DNA of 64,000 nt, from the NCBI GenBank assembly GCA_043228905.1, contig JBHGNT010000130.1:1-64000 (forward strand), written 5' to 3'. The position numbers were made by a program, and so were the translations under genes. The notes under the pieces are model-generated. The model worked only from the letters and a program-made list of their open reading frames with translations. It did no database searches and was not told where the DNA came from. How positions within the stretch are numbered: the stretch's first letter is position 1; every line of letters begins with the position of its first letter. Positions 37,410-50,890 of the stretch are shown here, one piece after another. Origin of the DNA: Azolla caroliniana (Eukaryota > Plantae > Polypodiophyta).

Positions 37410-37890
37410 CCTTGGATGTAGACAATAATCCTGATCGGCTTAGCCCAGTAGAATTTGGGCATGCTTTTCTCCTCAAGCATTTTCCTTGCCACATTGATAA
37501 TCGACGAGTTCTTCCTCTTAGCCACACTGTTTTGTTCTGGTGTGTTCCTGCAACTAAATTTTCTCCGAATTCCTTCCTTCTATAAATAACTGATGAATTG
37601 GCCGGAAAAGTATTCTTTTCCACCATCCAACTGCAGGCACTTGATCTTCCTATCTGTTTCCTGTTCGACTAAACTTTGCAAGTTTCGGAAACAATTGAAA
37701 ACTCCGTTTTCTTCTCGATAAGGTAGATCCACATGTGTCGGGTGTAGTCGTCGATGAAGGAGACAAGATATCAGCTCCCACCAAGACTAACGTTTGGTGC
37801 CAATCCCCATACATCCGAGTGTATTAGATCGAGCTTGTTACGGCTTTGGTTTCCTTCGGTGGGGAATTGAAGCCGGTGTTGCTTCCCAAG
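37410..37890 (-). pseudogene. Ty1/copia integrase fragment
   Basis: GKQHRLQF, LIHSDVWG, SFIDDYTR, DGGKEY and TPEQNSVA, translated by eye across a frameshift. Confidence 0.88.
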
Positions 37891-38203
37891 CTAGACACAG
37901 ATAGAAAGTAGGAGAGACAAAGAGAGAAGAATAGCATAAACTATATTAAATACTCTATACATAGGATGTTCTCATTGAGCACTCTTTATACAAGTCCACA
38001 AAGGACTTATAGAAGTACTATGTACTTCAATGCTCATACAAGCGGCTGGCAGTCATTACGATGCCATACCTACCTAGTAATCTAGAAACGTAGACCTCTA
38101 AATGGACTACCGGTACACACATGGGTCTAGCTCTCTAATCCCGATCTAGCTCCTGGTTCCGGGTACTATCTGGACACCGATCCGGATATGATCCGGATTT
38201 GGC

Positions 38204-39312
38204 TTATCTAGCCGATCCGGATCCGATTAAGCTTGCTTGCTCAATAAGGGTTTCATCAAAGTCGGTTTTCTCAGATATTTCTAGCACTTCCGGCCAAAAA
38301 AATGACTTTTCTCTAGGTGTCTCTCCCACACGCATTCCCGCAGTTGTCGCATAATTGCTTCTTTCCACCATCTCCTCCTCTAGAACCTTCTTCATGCCGC
38401 CTTTTCGGAAGTTCGGTCGAAGTGACTTCTGAGAGTCCATCAAATGGATCCAATTTCCCTCGTAGTAGATGAGATCCCGTCGTAGAGCCTCCTTGTGCTC
38501 ATCGTAATGTTGCCAATCATGTTTGGTGTTATTGCACCATATGCATTTACGATCCATATATTTGCAACTTGAGGGATGGACTTCCAACTTCTTCACCATT
38601 GCGATTTTGAGATTCTCGATCTGCTTCAGCAACTGCTCCAGTGTGGTTGCATCAATTCCCTTCTCAATCGTATTCTCCCGAGCCCATGGTTGATGGTCTT
38701 CCAAGCCAGCTCTTCGTATCGAAATTGGTTCCGAAACCCTCTTTTCTTCATTAGTGAGCCCTTGCCCCCTCTTTGTGTATCGCGTGACGATTTTCGCACA
38801 TTTTCACATGTATTGGTGAGGCCACAGCTTGTAAGAACATGATCACTTTGTCTGGTGCGAGGATAGTTTGATCTCTCGTAGACAACCTCCCGAATCGACT
38901 TTCAAATGTTGAAAACACATCGAGAACCTTTAGTCCCTTGTCCAGTGTTTCCACCCAATCTTCGAATCCTCTTCGTGTTGCCTTGGAGGAGTCCTTGATA
39001 GTGAACGTAGTCTTTAATGCTTCTTCAAACGCCGCCGACATCGGATTTTTTTCTCGAGTGTGTATGCATGGATAACTTTCTCTATCATCCTTATCTAGAA
39101 TATTTAAGTGGGATAAAGTTTTTTTTATATTTAATACTCATAATGTTAGTACAATGGTAAGGCTTGGATTTGTTAACATGGAGGTATAGGGTTCAAAACT
39201 TGCCCTATGCATATAACATAATTATATTAGTGGTTTCTCCTATTTCTTTATACTTAGTTAATCGGGTACTCTGTATATATTACATGTAGTATATACGAAA
39301 TATACTACGACA
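38204..39312 (-). mobile_element. Decayed relative of the intact tRNA-Trp gypsy (gag fragment and partial LTR ending ctacgaca)
   Basis: The proteins align with the 708-aa ORF (ATRRGFEDWVET, ALRRDLIYYEGN). Confidence 0.9.
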
Positions 39313-40166
39313 ATGTAAAGTCCAACGTTTTCATTTGCCTATCAGTTCGATTCAAAGGCTGCCTGTCGATCCTATGACAGGGAGATGGTCATCAGAAATT
39401 AGAGAACCACATTTTGTGCACATGCAAAACCTTAAGAGTAAAATGAAGATTAATCTGCACGCCACAGTAGTACCTTTCCTCGTCATGGTGGATCTTGACC
39501 AATGCCCCACCACTGTTGATTTTAAGTATCGTTCAGCTGATGACTATAGTTACTACGTTATTGGAGGATCATATTCGGCTGAAGTTCGACGACAACTCAT
39601 GAAACAATATCCTCTAACCCCATTCTTCAAATATGCATAATGCAAAGTCTATGCCAGTCTTACACATGAAGAGGCCAAGTTATTAGCTTGGAACCACAAT
39701 AATGATAATAATTATAGAAAAAATAAGTATCACCACGAGTACCTCGATGTATTGCAAAGATTTGGTCCTAGGCTACATCCAAATCTGCATCGACAATGTC
39801 TGCTGGAGGTGGGTATAGCGGTTGATGAAAGCACGAGGTTGGAAGGATTGAGGAAATATGACTCGTGATTTGAACTAGCCTTTAGAATAGGGGAGGTTTG
39901 GATTTGCAAGACAAAATATTTAGCATGTCGGAGTGGAAAGAGGTGAAAGGACAACGGTCAAGGAAGGCCAAATTCGATCCATAGGTGGAAATGAAGTCAA
40001 AGTCACGTAAAAGTGATTCGATTATAGAGGAGCGCCCTGATGATATGAAGTTCCTCCCTTGGTGGTCTTTACAAGGCATTAATTACGCAAGGTTATTAAT
40101 TTCTGTACTTTCACGAGTAGTCGCCAAGGAGTTTAGCTTGGATGAGATGGTTACTAAATTTCAGAA
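39313..40166 (+). pseudogene. ParB/Srx-like exon, probable 5' part of the methyltransferase gene
   Basis: IREPHFVHMQNLKSKMKIN...VVPFLVMVD...YYVIGGSYSAEVRRQL...LTHEEAKLLAWNHN. Ends at a GTAAGT donor at 40167; same strand as the MTase and inside the same TIRs. Confidence 0.6.
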
Positions 40167-40508
40167 GTAAGTATTATTCATAGGTTCTTCTTTGATTGGT
40201 TTCTTAGGAGGAAGTTGAATAGGCATACCCAATGACATCATCATATACTTTACTTATAGAATATAATAATACATAGATGGAATGTAACTCAATTGGTAAG
40301 GTTACCCAATAAGACCAAGAGGTCATGGGTTCAACCCCCTACATCCCATCGTGTCTACTCACGATTGGCTTATGTGGGTATCGTTGATGAAAATCGTGAA
40401 TGCCCTCCGAAGCATTTTGTAAATGTGTAACTGGTTCCCATGTGGCGTCCGAAATGGGGTACCCTTTCCATAAGACCAAATATTGGAGCTGTCGACGACG
40501 ATATCGAC

Positions 40509-43500
40509 TGTCACAGACGTAGATGAGGGCAAGGATAAGTAGGGGAGCTTAATATTAAGAAAGAGAGAAAGATAGATATATAGATAGAGAGGAGCATAGA
40601 CAAGAGAACAAGAGAGAGAGAGAGGGTAGACAAAAGAACGAGAACTAAATTATACTTCTGTAACTGGTGTTGTTCACCTTGATTATAATCAAGGTGCACC
40701 GAAGTATTTATACAAGAATGTGGTGGTATGCATGTAAGCTATGAAACATCTAGAGAATGCATGGAAACTTCTAGAGAGTGCATGTCTATGCATTCTCTAG
40801 AAGTTTCTTGAAAGTTCTAGTGATTAACTTACAATGTAATAAGTTGAAACTTATACGATATAATAATGCATAGATGGAATGCAACTCAATTGGTAAGGTT
40901 GCCCAATAAGACCAAGCGTTCATGGGTTCAACCCCCTACATTCCATCATGTCTATGACATTATCCTCCCTCTAAGGCCGCCTCCTGGGACTCACGGTTGG
41001 CTTATGTGGGTATCGTCGATGAAAATCACGAATGGCCTCCAAAATGGGGTACCTTTTCCATAAGACCAAATATTGGAGCTGTCAACGATGATATCGAGAG
41101 TCGAGGATTTGGTCAACCTCATATTCTTCGCCCGTCGACAATTCCACAAGTGGCGGTGGAGGAGGGTGTCGTTTTGGAATTCGAGAAGGATGGTAGAGTT
41201 CGAGGAGGGAAATGTGAAAAACATCATGAATCCTGAAGGTTGGAGGAAATGCTAACCGGAAGGCAATTGGGTTGATCCGCTCGATGATACAAAAGGGGCC
41301 TAGTCTGTTGTAGTCCAATTTTGCACAAGGACGTGTGGTGGCGATGCGATGACGTAATAGCCAAACCATGTCCCCGATTGCAAATGTCAGTGGAGTTAAG
41401 CGATGTCGGTCCGCTTGATCGTTATAGTGGTCACCAGCAACATGGAGCTCCAAGGAGAGGTCACGATGGACATCGTGCAAAGCGTGGGCACGCGTCTCTG
41501 CCGAAGGATTGACCGAAGTTGCAGGTATGGAAATGTTGAAACGAGGGTGAAATGCATAGTTTGCAAAGAAGGGGGAAACCTTGGTCGAATCATGGATACT
41601 ATTATTGTAAACAAATTGCGCCATTGTAAGGAAGTCCACCCAATCCTCCTGTTGGTAGCTCACGGTACACCGAAGGTATTGTTCAAGGATTTGGTTGACT
41701 TGCTCTGTTTGTTCATCAGTTTGAGGATGCTATGCTAAGGACAAGTTGACAAAAGTCCCAAATGTTTGTAGAAGTCGTCACCAACTGTGGGAAATGAATT
41801 GAGAACCTCGATCAGACGTGATATCCTCGGGTAAGTCGTATAATCGAACAACGTTTTTAAGAAAAAGATCAACAGTCTCTTCCCCGGAAATGGTTTTGGA
41901 ACATGGAACAAAGTAAGCCATCTTCGAAAAGCGATCGACAATGACTAGCACCGTGTCATGTCCACCAACCACAAGGAGGTCGGTGATAAAGTCCATGGAT
42001 AGAGAGACCCATGGTCGACATGGAATGGGGAGCGGGTGGAGAAGACCATATGGCCGATGGTGAGGCGTTTTGGACCGAGCACATACATCACATGTCTTGA
42101 TAAATTCCTTGACAAATTTCCAAGGTTGGGGCCACCAAAACCCTCGAGATATCAATTCCAAGGTTTTCGTAACCCCAAAGTGGTCGGCAAGAGGATCATC
42201 ATGACAGTTTTGTAGAACCCATGTACGACATGATCCTTCGGGAACGTACAAGAGATGATTACGATATAGTAACCCATCCTGGGTTGTAAATTGGTTGAGA
42301 TATGAGCTTTTCATGTCCGAAGATGGGTCATTAATGCGGCCCATGATTTCTTTGGCGAATGGGTCTGACACGGTTGCCGTGGCAATCTCGTTGAGCAAAG
42401 AATCATCATGTAACATGCAGGTGGTGAACATCTGAAGTTGATCGGGCCGCAACAAACAATGGGATTGTTTTGAATATGCATCATCAACTAGGCGCAATGC
42501 AAAATCAAGTCGTCGAGAGAGGACATCAACTTTCCCATGTTGAACTCCGGGTCGAAACAAGATCTCAAAGTCGCAATCGGCGAGAAAAGATGACCATCAG
42601 GCTTGCCTCCAATTCAATGTATGACTGGTGGTGAAGTAAATTAGATTTTTATGGTCGGTCAGCACTTGGATGCGATGTTGGGCCCCAGCCAAATAGGGTC
42701 GCCATTCGGTCAAGGCAGATATGATTGTTGCCAACTCCTTGTTGTAGACTGGATAATTGATTTCCGGGGTGGTAAACTTCCAAGAGTAGAAGGCCACAGG
42801 ACGTAGTGTGCCCTCGTCGTTTGGTTGGGATAGGAAGTTCCAATGGCAAAGTCAGAGGCATCAGTTTTGACTTGGAAGGGCCTTGTGGGGTCAGGGTGAA
42901 CCAACCTTGAGGGCATCAAAAGCACGTTGCACCGCAGAGGTCCAACGAAATGGAGTATGTTTTCTTGTAAGGATGATTAGAGGTTGTCCTAAAGATGAAA
43001 AACGATTGATAAATCGTCGATAGAAATTTGCAAAACCAAGAAATGATTGTACCTCTTTCAACTGAGTAGGGACAGGCCAATCGGTGATTGCCACTACCTT
43101 GCGTGCATCCATTGTGATCCCGGAGGGTGAAATCATGTAGCCGAGGAATTCGACAGAGGTCCGATCGAATTCACATTTCTCACTTTTGGCGTAAAGTCCA
43201 TGTTCCCGAAGTTTGGATAGGACCAATCAAACGTGTTGGGTGTGCTCCTCAATGTTGGAAGACAAAACTAAAATGTCGTCAAGGTAGATCACCACGAAGT
43301 GATCGAGATACTCCCAAAATATATTGTTCATCATGTGCTGAAAGACCGTAGGGGCATTGGTGAGACCAAAAGGCATCACCTTGTACTCGAAATGTCCATA
43401 GCATGTTCAAAAGGCCGTTTTCCACTCGTCTCCTGGCTTACGATTACGTAGTGTAATTTTGTTGAGACCCCGATAATCCACACATAGGCGTAATGAGCCT

Positions 43501-43686
43501 TCCTTCTTGAACAATAAGATTGGGGCTCCATCTGGTGATTTGAAGGGTTGAATGAAGCCCTTGGCGAGGTTTTCATCCAGATATGTGCGAAGGGCCTCAA
43601 GTTTGGGTTTAGATAGCCCATAGATGGGCCCAAATGGTGGGTGTGCGCCATCTTGGAGTTCGATTGGGCAATCATAGGGGCGATGT
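40509..43686 (-). mobile_element. Chromovirus-type gypsy remnant (3' LTR 40509-40959; RT, RH, INT, chromodomain) inserted in the transposon's cargo gene
   Basis: Unit B copy of 1-2399 with ~640 bp of extra RT sequence ([13 protein letters not shown] region). Confidence 0.9.
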
Positions 43687-43759
43687 GATAGTAAGTATCT
43701 TTATACTTTTATTTAAATTGTTTATCTTGGCTTGCCCTAACCAAATTGATAATTGCATA

Positions 43760-45046
43760 AACCTCCTCGTTCCAAAATAATTGGAGACAGTAATGAAGGT
43801 ATTCCAAGCTTGTTCATTACACATTTGGAACGAGAAAAGTATGAAAAAAGAATGACAAAACGAAAGGAGTTGGAAGTGCCTAAAGGTTCAGAGACAATGA
43901 AAAGTTTCCTACACAGATCTGACCCTTTCTGACAACTACATTAAACACTGTGTTCAACGAGGAAGTGGGTAATATGCTAAACATATTACCCAGGAGGCAC
44001 TATACTTTACTGATTGCTAACATTCCATATGGATTCCAGATCATGGGATCAATGTACGATAATGTGCCATACAAATATCCCCCATGTAAAGAAAATGGTG
44101 AAAGACATTGCCGAGTTGACCCTTGCACCTTTATGGAGACTCATAATATTCCATAGCATGGGCCAATTATTGCCTGTCACAATAGCTTTAAAGTCAAGAT
44201 GTCACGCAACCGAACATATGCATTGGTAAGCAACAAGGTATTTTGATTTACTATTATAAATGTTGTTTTAATATGTTGCAAATTGTATTCTTAAAACAAT
44301 CGTATGATGTTAATAGGATTAAAACTAATATCACACATACTCTGGGTGATCGAGTGGTTAGTGGGGTTGAACATCTTTGTGTGGGGTGGTACGATGTAAT
44401 TACGAAGAAGAAGGCTTGGGCACATGTCAATGAAAGAAATGTTGTAAACTACATCATGTGCCTAGTGGTAACAAAGAAGTTATGTCATGTATCTGGCGAT
44501 ATGAGCCTGGTGAACCAATATTAAACACCACAAAAACTAATGAACCGCCTAATCGAGTTGTTTTCAAACCCAAATGATTGGGTTTTAGATTTGTTTTTTG
44601 GCACAAGTATAGAATATAAAACGTGTCACATCAACTTAGATTAACGTATAGTCAATTCTTCAGTATGATGTCACATGTGCAATTTCATTCTACTGTCAAG
44701 TAGTACTACAACATGTGCCTTAAAGATGTTCAGGAACTCTGTTGCATTAGAGAAGAACCCTACGCAGGTTAATTTCATCAAAATGAGGATCCAAGGTATC
44801 TAGCACTATCTTGATCAAGACTAAGAAGTTGGGGAAAACCATATCAATGAAACTGAGATGTTTCAAATGACTTCTAGAGAACCTATGGAACCTGTAGATG
44901 AAGAAGCAGGGGATCTTGTTGAATTAGAATACGTGTTAGAGTGTGAACATACTAACGATTCAACTGAGCGTACCAACGAACTAGCCAATGAGGACAATCC
45001 TGATGAAAGAGCTAATCTTGAAGAGGTAGCTTATGTGTTGGATTGA
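43760..45046 (+). pseudogene. Beta-class N6-A/N4-C DNA methyltransferase pseudogene (unit B copy)
   Basis: LLIANIPYG (NIPY at 44019-44030), TPQKLMNRLIELFSNPNDWVLDLFFGT and STTTCALKMFRNSVALEK. Introns at 44226-44316 and ~44607-44699. Confidence 0.8.
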
Positions 45047-48000
45047 ATGCATATGGCTTATTGTAAAATTTGAAAAATATGAATTGTTAACTTTTGACGT
45101 AATATATAAGTTGATCTTATTTATAATTTTTGTGTAACACGCAATGAACTTAGAGATTAAATATAATTTGTATGTGTACATGTTGTCTAAAGTCTCCTTT
45201 ATCGTATGGGGTATATGGGAGATAAAATTATAGTCTATCATTTACTCGTATGATTAGAATGATATTGTAGAGTAGTTTATTTATACATTGACGGTGTTAT
45301 GTATCACATGTCAATGGAATTTTTCTCTCCACATAGTAGTATCTCTTAATTGCAAGGTTCACAATTTACTTTAAGATATATTATATATAAATATACGCAC
45401 ATAATTAGAAGAAATCACTTATTTAGTGGGTTATGCTTTTTAGAATATGCACAACGTGTTACTATTATACTTGCGTTGACGACTATACCCTTCTCAAAGA
45501 TTTGGACAAAAACATGGTAGATAGAATGTTTGTTGAATAATTTTGTTGTCGTGATATTAGTTAGTTCTATTTTTCGCTATGTTTTCATAAACCACATACG
45601 CATGCATCGTGCATTTTTAAAATTCTGCTTAAATAAGGCATTTTTTAACATCTCACTAAGATATGAAAAAAAAAAGAATTTGACATATTACCTGTTTCAA
45701 ATGACCCGGTGTTAACTATGTCTGTCCCTAAAGTAGCACCTCACTCACCTTGTCAACCAAGGTTCAATGGAAAGTGACTAACATGAAACTTCCATTTCAC
45801 AATCTCATATAAACTCAGCAAGCAATTAACATGTAGTTTCAATGTCACAATCTAGTGCATATAGGTGAATACTCCTCTCTTTGTAATCTAGGAATTACTA
45901 AATATGTATTTACTGTTTGTAGATTGAGAGAAAAAGAAAACGTCTTGAAAATGTGTTCAAATATGGTTAAGAAATTAAAAAGAAGTTCTTGCAACAACAA
46001 TATGGTGGAGGTTACCCATTTGCCTAAAAGTTATTGCCATAGCCTACATAGAAGGACAAGATAAACTTTCTAGCACACTAATACACAAAAGTCTTGGCCG
46101 GCTCTTTTGGAAGTCTTGCACCAAACCCTTTGCTCTAGAATCACAATTGGGAGGTGAGGAAGAAGTGGCCGAACAGTTGTAATTCCTGTAGTAAAACTAT
46201 AGACAACAAAGAAAAAGAAACAAAACAGAGATAACTCACAAAATCATTTAGTGGCATATCCAAAAAATTGATTTGGCCTTTTACACTATGTATCATAAAC
46301 AATCATGATTTGACTACTTTCGATATTCCATGGAAAACCATGTACTAACGTCTACATTAACTATAATTGTATTGTTGCCCTCTGAGTTATCCATACACAT
46401 CAAAGTTGGTGTCACACCTCAAGGTACTAAACCTAACCCCCAAGAATTTAGTTGGATTATGGTCTTGTTGTAGCCTCTTATCAACTTATTTTCTTGGAGC
46501 TTTTCGTATGTTATTCTATGGTTTTATCTTGACTCGGATTGTACCCAAGTCTCTTGTGAGGTTTGTCATCCATGGTAGGCTCCTATGTTGTAAATCCACT
46601 TGTGGGAGAATCCCTTTCATACATAATGTGTTTCAATATGCACGATGAAATGCATGTCATAAAAACTTAACTTTGCAAAACATCTTTTTTGCTGGCATAG
46701 ATAGGAAGAGAAAACAATATACTAGTAACTACATAGAAAGTGAGAAAATTCAATGAAGAAGAAACTATGTTTCATAAATGGATTAAAGGCAATGGATACG
46801 AAGGAAAATTGCTCCTAAATGAATAAAAAGAGAGAGATAGTGATTTTCTTGAAAATGAACTTTACCAACACATATATTGTAGCTCATTGCACACGTAAAG
46901 AGCCGCACGCAACCTATAAAAGAGCAGGTAGGTAACATCCAAAAGAGCAGTTTACCTAATTGGATTCGTCTTCCAAAAGTACAAGGGTTCAACTGAAGCT
47001 CAAAGAAAACGTCAAATGGACTTTAAGAAATGGTGGCGAGGGCTTCACTTATTTTCAGATACAACTTTTGGTATGAAGTGCAATTATGCCATACCTTCTT
47101 TTTTATTGCATAGCTTGTAGATTGTGCTCCATTCATTTCTTATATGATATCATCTGTTTGATCAGATGTTGGTATCAGCTTTTTTATTACAATAGAGCTG
47201 AGATGAAATGTCTCCTTCTGTTTTCTATATGTACATTTCTCAAGTAATATACTAAGGCGTATCTATCTTGGGGAAAAAAAATCCAAGATTGTGGAATATA
47301 CATAGTGTACGAGGTGCAATTTTATGGTGGACATTGCCAAGAGATTGAGTTCTTCCCCGTCATCATTGATCATGCCTTCAGGTCTCTTGGATTCACCACT
47401 CGGTGACCATAATTTGTTTCTTTCAATCAGAACATCTCTCATCTACTTCTTTGACAAAGCAAAATTGGATCCGTCAAACTTGCGAATCTCAAGGTGGTAT
47501 TTTCTACTAATAGAGTGATTTCTATAGGCACTAAAGGAACCACCACGTGAGGTATTCGAAACCTCAAACATTTCGAAGCCATTATATGGTAATGAGACTT
47601 AGTGAATTGTAGCCTTAAGCACCTAAGAATAGTTGGGATGCTTCTTGCTAGTTGATTTCAAGCACAACTTTCACCATGAGCAAAAATGATGTCTACACAA
47701 CTATCAGCATGGGCCGAAAAAGGAACTCTGTATGTTCCTAGAGTAACACTTCACTCATATGTTAGCCAAGGATCATTGGAAAGTGACTAACACGAAACTT
47801 CCATTTCACAATCTCACATTAAGTCAATAACCATTTAATATGTAGTCTCTATGTCACAATCTAGTGCACATAGCCGAATACTTCCTCTTTTTGTAATCTA
47901 GGAATCAGTAAATATGTATTTACTATTTGTAGATTGAGAGAAAAAAAAACTCTTGAAAATGTGTTGAAATGTGGCTGAGAAATTAAAAATAAGTTCTTCC

Positions 48001-49103
48001 AACAACAAGAATGTGGTGGAGGTCACCTCACTTGCCTAAAAGTTATTGCAACATCCTACACATAGAAGGAAAAGATACAATTTCTACCACCTTGATACAC
48101 AGAAGTCTTGCACCAACCTCTGCCACCATTGTGGGGGGTTGAGGAGGAAGTGACCGAGCAGTTGTTATTCTTGCAATACAACAATAGACAACTGAGAACA
48201 AGAAACAAAACGGACATGACTCACAAAATCTTTTAGCGGAATACCCAAAAAACCGATTTGACCTTTCACATTGTATCATACACAATTATTGGAAATATAA
48301 TATGATCAAAATCACGTATTATGAGCCTTCTCGGCTTAATTATAAAAGAAGATAATTTAATGCCAGAAGGGTAATAATTATGTAATATTGTTTCTTAGTG
48401 TAGTGGTTTCCAAAAACATGTCAAAAGTGGATTCCCATTTCTCTCTATGGAGAGTTTATTGTGCAACTCTATCTCATGAGTTGTCTACTTTGGACATTCC
48501 ATTGGAAACCATGTACTAAGTTGGTTGTATTGTAGCCCTCTAGGTTGTGCATACACATCTAAGTTTGGCGCACATCTCAAGGAGCTAAACGTAACCCGCA
48601 ACTATTTAGTTGGATTATGGGCTTATTGTAGGCTCTTCTCATCTTATTTTCTTCTCTTATAGTAAGTTATTGTATGGTTTTATCGTGTCTCTTGCGAGGT
48701 TTGTCATCCACGATAGGTTTATATGTTGTAAATCCACTTGTGGGAGAATCCCTTTCATACATGATTTGTTTATATACGCACAATGCAATGCATGTTATAA
48801 AAACTTAACTTTGCAAAACCCATTTTTAGTTGGCAGAAATGTAAGAGAAAACAATATACATAATACTACATGAAAAGACACAAAGTCAAAGTAGAAGAAG
48901 AAATTATGTTCATAAATAGATCAAAGTAAATGGATAAGGAAAACTATTCCTAAATGAATGGAACAGAGAGAGATAATGATGGCAATAGTGTTTGTCTTCG
49001 AAATGAACTTATAAAAGCCACACGCAACTTATAAAAGAGCAGGTATGAAGCTAACCTATGTATCAATAGCCAGAGAGAGAGAGAGAGGAAGAGAGAGAGG
49101 GGG

Positions 49104-50890
49104 ATGGAAGAGTGGTGGTCATTATGGGCACTCCTATTTCTGGGCATCCTGGGATGGGTGCTCGTATTGCAGTATGTCCACCAAACCAGCCTTCTAAACA
49201 GCATATGGAAGATGAAGAGGAGGAGCAGTCCTGAGCTCCTCCTTATACCTCCTCCTCTTCCATCACCTCCAGGGCGCTTACCTCTCCTAGGACATCTACA
49301 CCACTTACTTTTGTCCGGAAAACCTCTACACCTATGGCTCCATCACCTGTCCACACAATATGGCCCCATCCTCTCCTTCCAATTGGGCTCTATCCCCTTC
49401 CTCCTAGTCTCGTCTCCCGACATGGCCCGCCTCGTCTTGCATACCCATGACCTTACATTCGCTTCGCGCCCCTATTCTTCGGCATCCGCCGCTGCCCGAT
49501 TTACCTACAACCGCAGTAGCCTTTCGTACACTCCATATGGCCCGTATTGGCGCAAGGTAATATAAATTCTCACCAATAAGATCATGATCTCGTTTTTCCT
49601 TACTATAGAGAAAACGTGGGAATGTTTAATTTCTCATTGCAGGTGAAGGGGTTGTACATGACTAAGCTTTTCAATATGCAAAGATTGCAATGCTTCAAGC
49701 CAATTCGAATGGATGAGATGGTGGGTCTCATTCGTTCCGTGTGCGAGGATGTCGCGATTGCTCAAAACATGCGCACAAAGTTACAAGTGTGGGCCTGCAA
49801 TCTCATCTCCAGAATGACAATGGGAAAGAACCTCAATAACATTTCTATGATCACCAAAGTGCATGGCCCGATGCTTCTGGAGGCTATCTGCAAATCATTG
49901 ATCCTCATCGGCCGCCCTAATTTTAATGAACTTATGCCGTTTTTGAAATGTCTCGACATACAAGATCTCGAACGGCGTACCAATGAATCATTTGAGAAGA
50001 TCGACACCATATTTCAAAGAGTCATAGATGATCGGCGAAATATCGGCCCTCACGGTTATGAAAATGATATTCTCGACATTCTAATGGCCTTTCAAGGAGA
50101 TAAGAATGCAATGTCTAATGGTATTAGTTCGGATGATGATATCATCAAAGCCATACTATGGGTAACTAACTATGTATATGGAGTTTCCTTCATTTCCTGT
50201 GTTTTCTTCATTTCAATTTATCAGAATAGTGATGGTAATATTTGTAACTGGCAGGACTTGTTTACGGGTGGGATGGAAACATCCAGTGTAGTTGTGGAGT
50301 GGGGATTAGCCGAACTAATGCGGCACCCCGAAGTAACAAGGAGACTACAAGACGAGCTGGATCGTGTCATTGGAAAGGATAGGCTGATGAGTGAAGAAGA
50401 CATATCCAATCTTCCATACCTCCAAGCAACTGTGAAGGAGGTAATGAGGGTGCATCCTGTGGCACCATTGCTAGTCCCCCATGAATCAACGCAGGCATGT
50501 GAAGTTGCTGGATTCTATGTGCCGGAGAAGACCAGATTACTTGTGAGCAATTGGTCTCTCTCAATGGATCCCAACTCTTGGGAGGAGCCACAGGAGTTTC
50601 GGCCCCAACGATTTCTGAATTCGGACATAGATGTGAAAGGTCACCATTTCCAACTGTTGCCATTTGGGGCGGGCCGGCGAGCCTGCCCTGCCATGAATCT
50701 TGGCCTCCTCAATGTCCACCTCATCTTAGGTTCCTTGGTTCATTCCTTCGAATGGACATTACCCGTGGGCATCCAAGAAGTAGATATGAGCGAAACATTT
50801 GGCTTGTCACTCCACAAAACCAATCCTTTGGTTTTGGCAGCATCGCCAAGGTTATCTAAGGATGCATATGTATCCCCAACAAATCATTAG
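49104..50890 (+). CDS. Cytochrome P450, CYP71 clan, second copy. Exons 49104-49556, 49643-50161, 50255-50890
   Basis: Same structure as 7715-9501. The spliced protein appears identical. Confidence 0.95.

Larger units (their letters stand above)
1..40651. repeat. Tandem segmental duplication, unit A (~40.65 kb)
   Basis: Position 1 recurs at 40652 (ORF 215 vs 40866, offset 40651). Features are collinear to the window end, where 64000 corresponds to ~32930. The units differ by several large indels. Confidence 0.95.
33996..45713. mobile_element. 11.7-kb TIR DNA transposon (Sola-like) carrying a transposase and a ParB-like/DNA methyltransferase gene, with nested retroelements
   Basis: 30-bp TIRs at 33996-34025 and 45684-45713 (27/30 match), TSD AACT on both sides. 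The two flanks are contiguous in the paralogous empty site at ~6130-6400. Confidence 0.88.
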
